In this document: piece by piece, positions 40,961-50,178 of the stretch
How positions within the stretch are numbered: position 1 is the first letter of the stretch
Layout: every line of letters begins with the position of its first letter
Origin: a virus
Direction: 5' to 3' (one strand)
DNA: 64,000 nucleotides
Virus record (IMG/VR): IMGVR_UViG_3300032080_000001
Coordinates: 32,001-96,000 of that record
Notes under the pieces: generated by a model
What the model saw: only the letters and a program-made list of their open reading frames with translations
Database searches by the model: none
What the model was told of the DNA's origin: nothing
Position numbers and translations under genes: made by a program

Positions 40961-43104
40961 ATGGACGACTACGTGACGCCTCGGAAGGGGCAAGTATGGA
41001 AGCACCGGCACCTCGGCCGGGAAATGGAGGTTCTCTCTTCGGATGGGGAGAACGTCCGTATCCTGGCGGTGCAGGGCAGGGAACGGTCCATCCCGGTTGG
41101 GATGCACGCCACCCAGCTGAACTCGCACTACGAGTACGTGCGGGACGTACCCGTGACCCAGGACTCGAAGCCGGAATGCGGCGGATGCCGTCAACCTCCG
41201 TGCGCGAAGGGACACAAAAGCGCCGCATCCCCGCTCAAGGGACACAAAGGAGGGGAGCTTCTACCGCCAGGGGTGAACCCTTTCCCTCTGGAGGTTGGGC
41301 CTCTGTCTGCTGAGGAGGGTGTGTGACCGAGGACAACAGCAAGAAAGCGTTGGCCCGTCTGTCCGCTACCGGACGTAAGTGCGACCACTGCGGCACGCAC
41401 ATCGGGCGGTGGACAGACAAGTGCCACTACGACCCGGTCTTCGACCGCGCGTACTGCTCCACCAACGGCTGCGCGGTAAAGTTCAGCCGCTCCCCGTTCT
41501 GCGCGGGCTGTGGATGTCAGGTGAATCCCTTCGAGACGAAGGGTGTTACACGGTTGCCGGGCGCCGGAGGGGAGATTACCTACTGCGCTGCCTGCTCCGT
41601 GGATGACTCGCTGGACGAAGAGCCGCCTACCGTGCCCGCCAAGAAGGCGAAGCGTTCGAGGGGGACGGACGGTATCGTCATCCCGGCGCCGCTGGTGGTC
41701 CTGAGCAGCGAGCCGCCGACCGAGTCGGAGATGCGAGACGCCGAAGCAGGGCCGTACCGAGTGGTGGAAACGCGACCGGGGTGGTACCAGGTGAGGTTCC
41801 GCAACCAGGTGCGGTCCACCGGCCCGGACAAGAACCGCCTGACGAAGCTCTGCGCGAGATTCAACGCGCAGTAGGGTCCTCTCCTTCGCGGAGGGGAGTT
41901 GACAAACATCCGAGTGTGCCGTTACTGTCCTTGCACTCTACCGGTGACGCTGCGGCGTGAGGAACCAGCGGTAGAGACGGGTTGTACCGGTTTACAGACG
42001 ACTCACCCATGTTGACTTTGAAGGGAGCAACACACTCCATGCAGGCCAATAACGCCGAAGTGATGGACCTGCTCGACGCCCGACATGCGTTCGAGTTCTA
42101 CGTGGGCGGCAAGCGAGTAGACGGGCCTAACGGCTTACTCGGGTCGCTGGCCGCGATGAAGGAAATCCTGCACGGCAACCCGGACGGGGCCGTCGAGGGG
42201 GAGTTCACCGTGAAGGTTCGTGCTCGCATGGACGAGAGCCCCGAGGGCTACCCGGTTCTTCGCATCGTGAGCGAGGACCTGGTGAGCTTCTGCCCGGACA
42301 ACACGACGAAGGAGCGGAAGCTCATCGTCGTCCAGGGTAACCCGATGGCCGACCGGCGCAACGCACCGCGCGCGGAGGACGCGGCCGAGCAGCCGAAGAG
42401 CGTGCGCAACCGTTCCACCCACCTGCGCGCGCTGCCCAGCGCCGCAAGCCTCGCCACCTCGGCGGCGGCAGTGCTGGCCTCCGTTGCCGAAACGCTGACG
42501 CCCGTCCTCGGCTGAGTAAGAACGTGCGCCCCTAACGGGGCGCCTTCTTCTGACCCTTGACAAGCGCACATGAAACGTTTAAGTTAGTCTCACGTTGTTC
42601 TTACGGAACCCGGACGCAGTGTGTGGTAATGAAGACGACCATCGAGGCGGTGTACCGCTTGGGCCAACACGGATGGGACTTCCGGCACACCGCTACGGGT
42701 TGGGAGGTCTTCGTGCGCTGGTTCGAGGGCATGGACGCCGAGGTCCTCGGGCGTGGCGACAACCTGGTCGATGCAGTCAAGGCCGCCGAAGCAAGAACCT
42801 GTAACCAGAAGCACGTACTATGAGAACCGTGTGGCTTGCACAAGAGAACGCGGACCTTACGGAGGGCCGGGGGCCGATGGTCACGAAGGGTGCGTTTTTT
42901 TGCAAGGAGGACGCGGAGCGCGCGGCAGCGAACCTCAAGAGAGTGTATGGCTTCGGCCACGGTGAGGTTGCGCGCGAGCCCTTGGAGGTGTGGAACTCAT
43001 TCGAGGAGTGGCAGCAACATAACGACAACGCTGTCCGCAGCCGGGCGCTCGCCAAGCTTACCCCCGAGGAGCGTGAGGCGCTTGGGTTTGCGGGGGCCGA
43101 ATGA
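40961..43104 (+). CDS. Small hypothetical ORFs (40961-41326, 41323-41874, 42009-42515, 42629-42823, 42820-43104)
   Basis: Each group follows a TTGACA promoter (40902, 41899, 42557); 41323-41874 is Cys-rich. Confidence 0.5.
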
Positions 43105-43517
43105 CGGTGAAGCTCTACGTGGACGGCGGAAACCTGGGCGCCAATCCCAGCCCGCTGGGCGTGTACTGGAGCGTGGGGCGTGAGCACGCGGACGGCTCCG
43201 TCGAGCTGCTGACGGAGCGCCAGGAGAGCGCGAGCTACACGTCTAACAACCACGCGGAATACCTGGCTCTCATCGACGCCCTGCGGCATGCGACGACGCT
43301 CTCCGGCCAGGAAGCCATCGAACGGGTGGTTATCCACTCTGACTCGCAGCTCATCGTGAACCAGTTCAACGGGAAGTGGACCATCAACGACCCGCTGCTT
43401 CGAGAGCTGTGCACGGCCGCCCATCGCGGCGCCGAGTTCCTTATCACTGGGCTGGGCGTGGACGTGGAGGTGACGTGGGTGCGTCGCGCGGAGAACGTGA
43501 AGCGGCTCGGACACTGA
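43101..43517 (+). CDS. RNase HI-like protein
   Basis: LYVDGG..GANP, SNNHAEY.AL, HSDSQLIVNQ, WVRRAEN. Confidence 0.85.
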   Translation: MTVKLYVDGGNLGANPSPLGVYWSVGREHADGSVELLTERQESASYTSNNHAEYLALIDALRHATTLSGQEAIERVVIHSDSQLIVNQFNGKWTINDPLLRELCTAAHRGAEFLITGLGVDVEVTWVRRAENVKRLGH

Positions 43518-44808
43518 CCATGACCATCGAAGACCAGGTCTACCGTGCCGCCGTGGAAATGGAGGTGCGCACGTTGCGGAAGGGCGCGGCTCGTCACGTT
43601 TGGCTGAGCGAGTTGGACTACGCCCGCGCCCAGCGTGAGGCCGATGCCGAGCATCGTATCCTGAACGTGCACCACATCTACCACGCAGGGAGGTATATCC
43701 CGGAGGGTTTTGCGGCGCTGATGGACGCGACCTTGAACGTCACGACTATCCTGCGCCTAGAGAGCTAAGCCGATGAAGACAAAAACATACGCGGTGTCGG
43801 TGGTGCTGACGCGGATGAACACCGCGAGTATCAGCATCCACAACTTCCTCGGGGTCCGCACGGTGGCCAGCGGCCCGGATGCCGAAGACGCTGCTCGGGG
43901 AAGCGTGGTACAAGAGGCGTTGCAGGCCAATCCCGGTTTCGCGGTACACTTGATTCTCGCGCATGAGGTAGGCTGATGGGTACTGACGAACCGTGGAGCC
44001 CGGAGCGGGAGCGAGCGATGCGTGCCCGTACTCTTGAAGTCAAGGCGTACACGGGCTACGGCATCCCGTACGAGCATCTCAGGGGTTTGCCCGGCATCAA
44101 GGTGCAGCGGTTGGTGCCCGCCAAGCACAACGCTGGAATGTGCTCCTGCACCTGTCACGACGAGCCAGGCACCACGCACTTCATGGCGTGCTGCACGCGG
44201 ACGTACGAGCAGCGCATCCCGAAGCTGCTGCGCCCTACAGACTCGGAGTTCCTGGCGCTCTGGCAGGCTTCTTACGAACGCTTCTTGGCCGCTGAAACCA
44301 ACGAGGACCGCGACCGCGAGATTTACAACGGCCGCCTCCTGGTCCAGAAGCGCCTGCGGCGAGAAGACTGGAACCGCGTGCCGAACCCCGCGACCCTCGT
44401 ACGAAAGGACTGAGATGCACCCGAGCCACAAGACCCGCTTCTCCGACGCTTCCCGCTTCGACTACGTCTGCGTCTACTGCGGCGCGACCGACGAGACCGG
44501 GAACGGGTGGGGAGAGCTGGCGAAGCCATGCCCCAAGGCACCGCCTCCGGCCGCCGAGCCGTGAGGCTGCGGGCCATCCTCTGCGCCCTGTGGTTCGGCA
44601 TCATACCGTGGTGGGTCTACGAGGAAGAGCGGCACTACCCGGAGCCGTACCTGGAGCACCTTTGGCTGAACCTCGTCTACGCGGCGCACTGGGCACTCGG
44701 CCGACAAACGCTTGGAGATGTACGCTTCGAGCTTGAGAACAACTAGCAGCCGAGGCTCGTACGCTGGGCGCCGAGGAACGGGAACGGTAAAGTAAACATA
44801 GTCTGCCC

Positions 44809-44837
44809 TTGACATACCGGTACCACGCTGTTATACT
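44809..44837 (+). promoter_or_regulatory. Strong promoter of the ncRNA island, with TACCGGTA in the spacer
   Basis: TTGACA-taccggtaccacgctgt-TATACT. Confidence 0.85.
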
Positions 44838-44843
44838 AGTGGC

Positions 44844-45500
44844 ACGACGACGGACGACTAACGCGACGCCACGCAGCGCGCTTCCCGCCCGACAGGCCAG
44901 GCCCTAGAGCCAGTGGCGACACAGGGAATGCGGACGCGCAGCAAGACGAGACGCAGAAGTCCTGAGACGAACAACGGGGCCGCGAATGAACGCCTCGCAC
45001 ATTGCGGTGCAACTCAGGGCTGGTGAAGGATACGGCGTTAAGCAGTAGCCAGCCTCCTTCGATGGGGATACGCCGTTCGTCCCGCAGTGTGGGCTCCATG
45101 CAGTTGGCGCAGCGCGCCGAGGCTGATTGACAACCGACGTTCTGTGACGAAGGTACACGGCCGCGACCACCGCGAGTCGGCCCCACGTTGACCCGGCAAC
45201 CCCGGAGAGTGGGTTGTGGAGGAAGCAAGTCTCCTTACGAGCGCCAGAAGAGAGACCGACTCCCGTGTACCACGCCGTGCCGAGGCCGCGCAATCTCTTC
45301 CTCGGCGTAACACCCCGCTCTTTCGTGTTGACCCGTTGGTAGGCCACGGCCGAAAACGACGAGCGAAGGATGCGGTTTAGTCGGAGGAGATATCCCGCCT
45401 GTATAGCACACGCGAGAAGACTCCTTGTTAAGACAGCCGCGCGGGGCGGCACGTGAGGAAAAGGGCTCACCCCTCCCTGGAGGGGGACACGCCGTCACCT
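44844..45500 (+). ncRNA. Candidate large structured ncRNA (~650 nt)
   Basis: No + strand ORF. Nested helices: cctgag/ctcagg, acggcgt/acgccgt, ggtacacgg/ccgtgtacc, gagtcgg/ccgactc, gccgagg/cctcggc. Confidence 0.55.
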
Positions 45501-45513
45501 CACCCCGCACTCT

Positions 45514-45578
45514 GCTCCTCTGGTGTAAGCAGCACCCCGTGTTCAGCGGCAGTCGAGGTTCAAGTCCTCGGAGGAGCA
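45514..45578 (+). ncRNA. tRNA-like RNA with truncated anticodon arm
   Basis: Acceptor GCTCCTC/GAGGAGC+A, D arm gtgt/gcac, T arm cgagg-ttcaagt-cctcg; anticodon arm only ~13 nt. Confidence 0.65.
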
Positions 45579-45688
45579 TATCCGACTCCGGCACACGACG
45601 GAGAAAGCCCACGGAGCCTTGACTGGCCGAGAGACCTGCCGGTGGGATAAAGGATTCAGGCTGACAGCCGGGAAAGACCGGCACCTAC

Positions 45689-46084
45689 GGGCTCGCCAGG
45701 CTTCGACAGGTGCAGACGCAGGTGGAGGGTATGCGTGCAAGGGGCGTCTTCCGGTCTCTTTGAACACACGGAAGAAACTTCAAATGCCACTCGTAACGAC
45801 GTGGTTGCCGTGAACGCGATTCCCGCGTACGCCCAGGCGTAAAACCCTGCGGTAGGCACCGGCCAAACCGACTCCGATAGGGGCGGCCGTACTGCATCGG
45901 AGGACACCGGGAAAGACTGGGGTGGACGGCCTGTGCACCTAAAACACGGCAGGGAAGGGGGTCAGACCTCCAGCGGGCCGCGTACGCCCGACCGCCCAAC
46001 GAATGGGTCACACTACGCTACGCACGCTGAATAGTCCGAAACAGGCTTTGTGCTTGGACGCGGGTTCGATTCCCGCCGAGTCCA
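45689..46084 (+). ncRNA. ssrA: tmRNA
   Basis: Acceptor stem GGGCTCG/CGAGTCC-A with a G3-U wobble, 5' ttcgac, T arm gcggg-ttcgatt-cccgc, tag ORF 45786-45842 (ATRNDVVAVNAIPAYAQA*). Confidence 0.92.
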
Positions 46085-46088
46085 CTAA

Positions 46089-46228
46089 GAGGAGTCAGGT
46101 CCGATACTGGTAGGTGGGACGGGACGCGCACCGCCACCGGAGGGAGGTGAGAACCGCTGATGACCCTGTGCACGGGTAGGCGGCAACTTGCCCCGAGGAA
46201 ATATCCGGTAGCCCACCCCTGGCTCCTC
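46089..46228 (+). ncRNA. Candidate ~140-nt structured RNA
   Basis: Termini pair (gaggagtcagg/cctggctcctc) with further internal helices; starts 5 nt after the tmRNA. Confidence 0.5.
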
Positions 46229-46295
46229 CTGTTAGGCCGTACCGAACCGCAGCGGTTTCTGCGGGAGCTTCACCACCTCAAAGAAAGGAACCGCA

Positions 46296-46427
46296 ATGGA
46301 CCCGCTCATGGAGAATCCGTACCCGACCACCGGCGACCCGACCGAGTACCCCGTGCTGCCGCCGCTGGAGGACGACCCCAACGGCCCCGCGCAGACTCCG
46401 GGCGCGCTGTTCCCTCTGCCGGGCTGA
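46296..46427 (+). CDS. 43-aa Pro/acidic peptide (absent from the ORF track)
   Basis: AAGGA SD; MDPLMENPYPTTGDPTEYPVLPPLEDDPNGPAQTPGALFPLPG. Confidence 0.5.
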   Translation: MDPLMENPYPTTGDPTEYPVLPPLEDDPNGPAQTPGALFPLPG

Positions 46428-46449
46428 CCGACGCCCTCAAGGAGTGGGG

Positions 46450-46629
46450 ATGAGTATTTTCAGCGCACCTGCGGTCTCCATCACGGAGACCGACAACACC
46501 GAACGTCCTCCGCTGCCCGGCGAGTCGAGCACGCTGCTGATTCCCGGCAGTGCGGAGCAGGGCGGGGGCGGCATCGGGGACCCGAGCGGTGGGGGAGACC
46601 CGCCTCCCCCGGTGGAGCTGGGAGACTGA
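46450..46629 (+). CDS. Small Pro/Gly-rich peptide
   Basis: AAGGAG SD before the ATG at 46450. Confidence 0.5.
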   Translation: MSIFSAPAVSITETDNTERPPLPGESSTLLIPGSAEQGGGGIGDPSGGGDPPPPVELGD

Positions 46630-46703
46630 CCTGGAACCCGGCCCGCAGCGGGTAGAAGTCTCTGCGGGACTGCAATCAACCACTTCACTCGAAAGGCACG
46701 ACC

Positions 46704-47117
46704 ATGCTGTTCGGAAGCGCACAACAGGAGGAGCAGTTCAAGGAGAACCACTTCTTCGGACTGCATGACACCTGTGGCGGGGGTTACACTTCGCCCGCAG
46801 GTTGGGCGGAGGACGCGGCGTGGCACTGCGTCGGGGAATACGCGGCCATCGAGTACGAGAACGGGAAGCGTGTCGGTCTGCTCCTTCCGTACGCGAGCTA
46901 CAGCAATCCGCGCAACTACGTCGAGAGCGCCTGGGCGAGGGACGCTATCTTGCGCGTGCGTACCTCGATGACCGGGGACAGCGCCGCGCACTTCGACACC
47001 AGCATCCCGACGAAGGGCATCAGCGACATCCAGTGGTTCTTCGCGTACGCGACTGACGAGAACTTCGCGGGGCCGCAGTACCAGAAGGACCCGCCCGCCC
47101 CGCAGCGGGTGCAGTAA
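46704..47117 (+). CDS. Hypothetical protein
   Basis: GAAAGG SD and typical codon usage. Confidence 0.6.
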   Translation: MLFGSAQQEEQFKENHFFGLHDTCGGGYTSPAGWAEDAAWHCVGEYAAIEYENGKRVGLLLPYASYSNPRNYVESAWARDAILRVRTSMTGDSAAHFDTSIPTKGISDIQWFFAYATDENFAGPQYQKDPPAPQRVQ

Positions 47118-47271
47118 TTCTGCGGGTGGTGGAGAAGACGACCGTAACCGGTTGTCCCCAAACGAGGCTCGGGCGTGACGCCTCTGCGAAGCACGCCCCG
47201 TGGGCAATAGTCGGCTGGCAAGTTACCGGTGCTCTGCGCCAACCCACGTAAAACAAGTGACGTAACCGGGT

Positions 47272-47371
47272 GGGACGATGGTGGCCGGGTGAAGTAGGTA
47301 GCCCGGTGGACGGCAAGGCCGTCCGGTGCACCGCTCAAGGTGCTTCCGGGGTTCGAGTCCCCTCAGTCCCT
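47272..47371 (+). ncRNA. Multi-arm tRNA-like RNA
   Basis: gggac/gtccc closing stem, three hairpins, and T arm gggg-ttcgagt-cccc; no canonical anticodon loop. Confidence 0.5.
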
Positions 47372-47595
47372 TACCCACTCCACGCAACGCAGGAAAGCCG
47401 TAGCGCCCGCGATAGAGGCAGGCGCCGCTTTGGGGCGAAAGCCTGGCGAGTACGTGATAAGAAGTGGGTTTGTAAAGAAGGGCCGGTAGCCGTAGCGTGG
47501 ACACGGCTGCGTGGTAGGCTCCACGGGTCGCGCAAGCGACCGCCTGACTTTTGAATGAGGGCCGGAAGTACCTGTTGTGGCAGGGAAACCGTTGC

Positions 47596-47668
47596 GCCGC
47601 GTTAGCTCAGTTGGTAGAGCAGGGGACTCTTAATCCCAAGGTCGGAGGTTCGAACCCTCCACGCGGCA
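47596..47668 (+). tRNA. tRNA-Lys(CTT)
   Basis: Canonical cloverleaf, anticodon loop ctCTTaa, no encoded CCA. Confidence 0.95.
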
Positions 47669-48030
47669 TTAAGCGAAGTAGGGCGGGGATGAACGCGGCC
47701 GATAACAACGGTGCCGCCGACCTGTCGATTGCAACGGCCAGCCTGAGAGCGTACGGCTCAGGGGATACCCTACTTCGTGATTCTGGAGCGAGGTGGCGTG
47801 GGGCGGAGTCACAGCTTCGCCTTAAAGCGGAAGGAGAAGTCCCACCTTCCCGCCTCGTAGAAGGTGCCCCGTTGACTGTGCTGGACGGCCCGGCTTGCCG
47901 GGGACGGTGTCCAGACTTGAAAAGCACTCACGCCACGCGGCGAGGACGGGTAAGCGCGCGTGGAGGTTTACCGGTTCCTGCCAGTAGGCGAATACCGGCT
48001 CCCTCCCCTCCTTCGCGAAAGGCGAATCGT

Positions 48031-48273
48031 ATGGCTCGCACGACCAAGATGCTCCTGCTGGCGGTGCTGGCGGCCGTGGTCTCGATGACCGCGTACGCGT
48101 GCAGCACTCCCGCCGCGCCCGAGACCCCTGCCAGCATTCGTCACGGCAGCGGCGTGCTCGTGGGCGGCAACCGCACCGACAGCACCGCCGCCACGAACGG
48201 CACCAACAGCACGCCCGTCACCGCGACGGACACCACCGGCCGGACCGGGGGCACGACGCTCGGCGGCAACTGA
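48031..48273 (+). CDS. Small secreted lipoprotein-like peptide
   Basis: Signal peptide ending in AYA|C; two GxxxxGGN repeats. Confidence 0.65.
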   Translation: MARTTKMLLLAVLAAVVSMTAYACSTPAAPETPASIRHGSGVLVGGNRTDSTAATNGTNSTPVTATDTTGRTGGTTLGGN

Positions 48274-48393
48274 CGCTCTACGCCGGGCGGTTCTTACGGG
48301 CCGCCCGGTCGTGTCTTCCTGTATTGACAAACCGCTGTGACCCGATTAGCTTAAGTCACGGTGCACGACGGCAACGACAACTCAGGAGGCAGT

Positions 48394-48618
48394 ATGGAGC
48401 GCACCCCGGTAAACAGCAGCAACATCGCGTCGGTGGGGTACACCCGTAACCCGGATACCGTGGGGATGGGAACCCTGGAAGTCGAGTTCAAGAACGGCGC
48501 GGTCTACCAGTACGACGACGTGCCGTGGGAGACGCACGACGCCCTGCTGCGGGCGGAGTCGGCGGGGAGCGTCTTCTCGCACTCCGTTCGGGGCGTGTTC
48601 ACGGGGAGGCGCGTGTGA
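48394..48618 (+). CDS. KTSC domain protein
   Basis: MERTPVNSSNIASVGY...LEVEFKNGAVYQYDDVP...AESAGS; promoter at 48324. Confidence 0.9.
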   Translation: MERTPVNSSNIASVGYTRNPDTVGMGTLEVEFKNGAVYQYDDVPWETHDALLRAESAGSVFSHSVRGVFTGRRV

Positions 48619-48901
48619 CCACTGTCTCCATTCGTTTCTTCGGCGTGCCCGAAGACCGGTACGAGCGCTCGCCCTACCACGACGACGTGGTGCGCATCCA
48701 GCGAGTGCTGCGCGAACGGGGGTGGGACGCGACGTACCAGCAGGCAGAGGGAGCCTGGGACGCTTACTCGGACGACGTAGAGGCAATCTGGATGGACCTG
48801 CCCAAGACCGACGACTGCCTCTACGAGCGCGTGAGGGGATACATCGAGGCGGTTGACTAGCCGCCTCTCATTCGTAAGAACTACCAACCGGACTAGAAGC
48901 C

Positions 48902-49261
48902 ATGCCTCCGTACAGCCAGTTCAACGGCGTCCACGAGTTCGCCTTCGAGGACAACGCAACCCTGTCCAACGCCGTGGACATGGGGGGCTCGCGCCTCATG
49001 GCGATGCGCGTGCCACCCGCGTGGGAAGGCACGACCGTGACCTTCCTGGCCGCCGTCGAGCCGGACGGCGACTTCTTCTCCGTCTACGACGACGAGGGCG
49101 CGGAGGTCAAGGTGACGGTGGCCCCGGACCGCATCGTGGGTGTGGACAAGGTCGCCGGGAAGCTGGCCGCTCTCCGCTACCTCAAGCTGCGCTCGGGTAC
49201 GCAGGCGGCGCCACAGCCGCAGTCGAGCGCGCGCGCCTTCACCGTGATGACGAAGCGATGA
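48902..49261 (+). CDS. Beta-rich hypothetical protein (possibly virion-associated)
   Basis: LSNAVD...PPAWEGT.VTF...YLKLRSGT; coupled to the next gene. Confidence 0.55.
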   Translation: MPPYSQFNGVHEFAFEDNATLSNAVDMGGSRLMAMRVPPAWEGTTVTFLAAVEPDGDFFSVYDDEGAEVKVTVAPDRIVGVDKVAGKLAALRYLKLRSGTQAAPQPQSSARAFTVMTKR

Positions 49262-50049
49262 GCCACCGCATCCTGCTGCTCGGCGTCGGCGGGGACCCGA
49301 GCCACCAGCACGAGCCCGCCGAGGGGCCGTTCTCGTTCCTGAGCGTGGCGAACGCCGCGTTCGTGTACGACGGGCGCATGCTCTCGGGCGCGGACGGGTC
49401 CAACCTCTCGTCCTTCGCGGACGGGTCTACCTCGGGCCTCTCGGTGACGCAGAGCGACCCGCTCAAGCGGCCCATCCTCCGGACAGGCGCCAACGGCCTA
49501 GGCGGGCACCCGATTCTGCACTTCGACGGCGCGCAGACCCTATCGCGGCCCAACACGCCCGCTACGGCGCTGTCGCTCTCGGACCAGATGACGTTCTACG
49601 CGCTGGTGCGCCTGACGAGCTACGAGTTCATGCCGCTCGGGTGGGAGCAGTACCCGGACGAGGACGGCACCAAGTACGGGCGCATCCGCCCGGTCGCCTC
49701 CGGCGGCACGCTGTACTTCCAGCACGGTGGGGACCCGACGCTGTTCGTCAGCGCCTCGGGCATCGCGGGAGACGCGCCCAACGACCTGCTGAACAACTGG
49801 CGGTGGGTGGAGTACTGGCGCAACGGCTCCGTGGCCGAGCTTCGAGTGGGCGGGGCGCTGGTCGCCTCCGGAGCGATGCCGAACCCGCTCACGCAGGACC
49901 GCTCGGGGGAGTTCTTCCTGGGCGCGGGGCCGTCCGGAAGCCTGCCCCTCTCCGGGGACGTGGCGGCTGTGGTCGGCTACAAGCGAGCGCTCAACGCCAG
50001 CGAGCGGGATTACCTCGCGCTGGGCGTCGAATCGGCTTGGGCGCTGTAG
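49258..50049 (+). CDS. LamG/concanavalin-like domain protein
   Basis: TQSDPLKRP...NGLGGHPILHFDG...LSGDVAAVVGYKRALNASE pattern. Confidence 0.65.
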   Translation: MSHRILLLGVGGDPSHQHEPAEGPFSFLSVANAAFVYDGRMLSGADGSNLSSFADGSTSGLSVTQSDPLKRPILRTGANGLGGHPILHFDGAQTLSRPNTPATALSLSDQMTFYALVRLTSYEFMPLGWEQYPDEDGTKYGRIRPVASGGTLYFQHGGDPTLFVSASGIAGDAPNDLLNNWRWVEYWRNGSVAELRVGGALVASGAMPNPLTQDRSGEFFLGAGPSGSLPLSGDVAAVVGYKRALNASERDYLALGVESAWAL

Positions 50050-50094
50050 AACGCAACATCCGGCCGTGCGTCCTTCGGGGCGTGCGGCCGTCTT

Positions 50095-50178
50095 GCCCCC
50101 GTGCTGGAATTGGTAGACGGACCGGACTCAAAATCCGGGGGCCGAAAGGCTGTGTGGGTTCGAGTCCCACTGGGGGTA
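50095..50178 (+). tRNA. tRNA-Leu(CAA)
   Basis: Cloverleaf with variable arm gcc-gaaa-ggc and anticodon loop ctCAAaa. Confidence 0.95.

Noticed and set aside
44844-45500. RNase P RNA or group I/II intron
   Set aside because: Only fragmentary similarity (gggctccat). No GAGGAAAGTCC/AACAGAA P4 signature, no group II domain V, and no interrupted gene.
45514-45578. UGA-suppressor / selenocysteine tRNA (tca in the loop) and genome recoding
   Set aside because: Anticodon arm geometry is non-canonical, and genes end normally at TGA, TAA and TAG without fragmentation.
46089-46228. SRP RNA, Y RNA or hammerhead ribozyme
   Set aside because: It has tcaggtccga and ctgatga, but lacks the SRP AGGAAGCAG loop, the Y RNA UUGAC partner strand, and the hammerhead GAAA directly after stem II.
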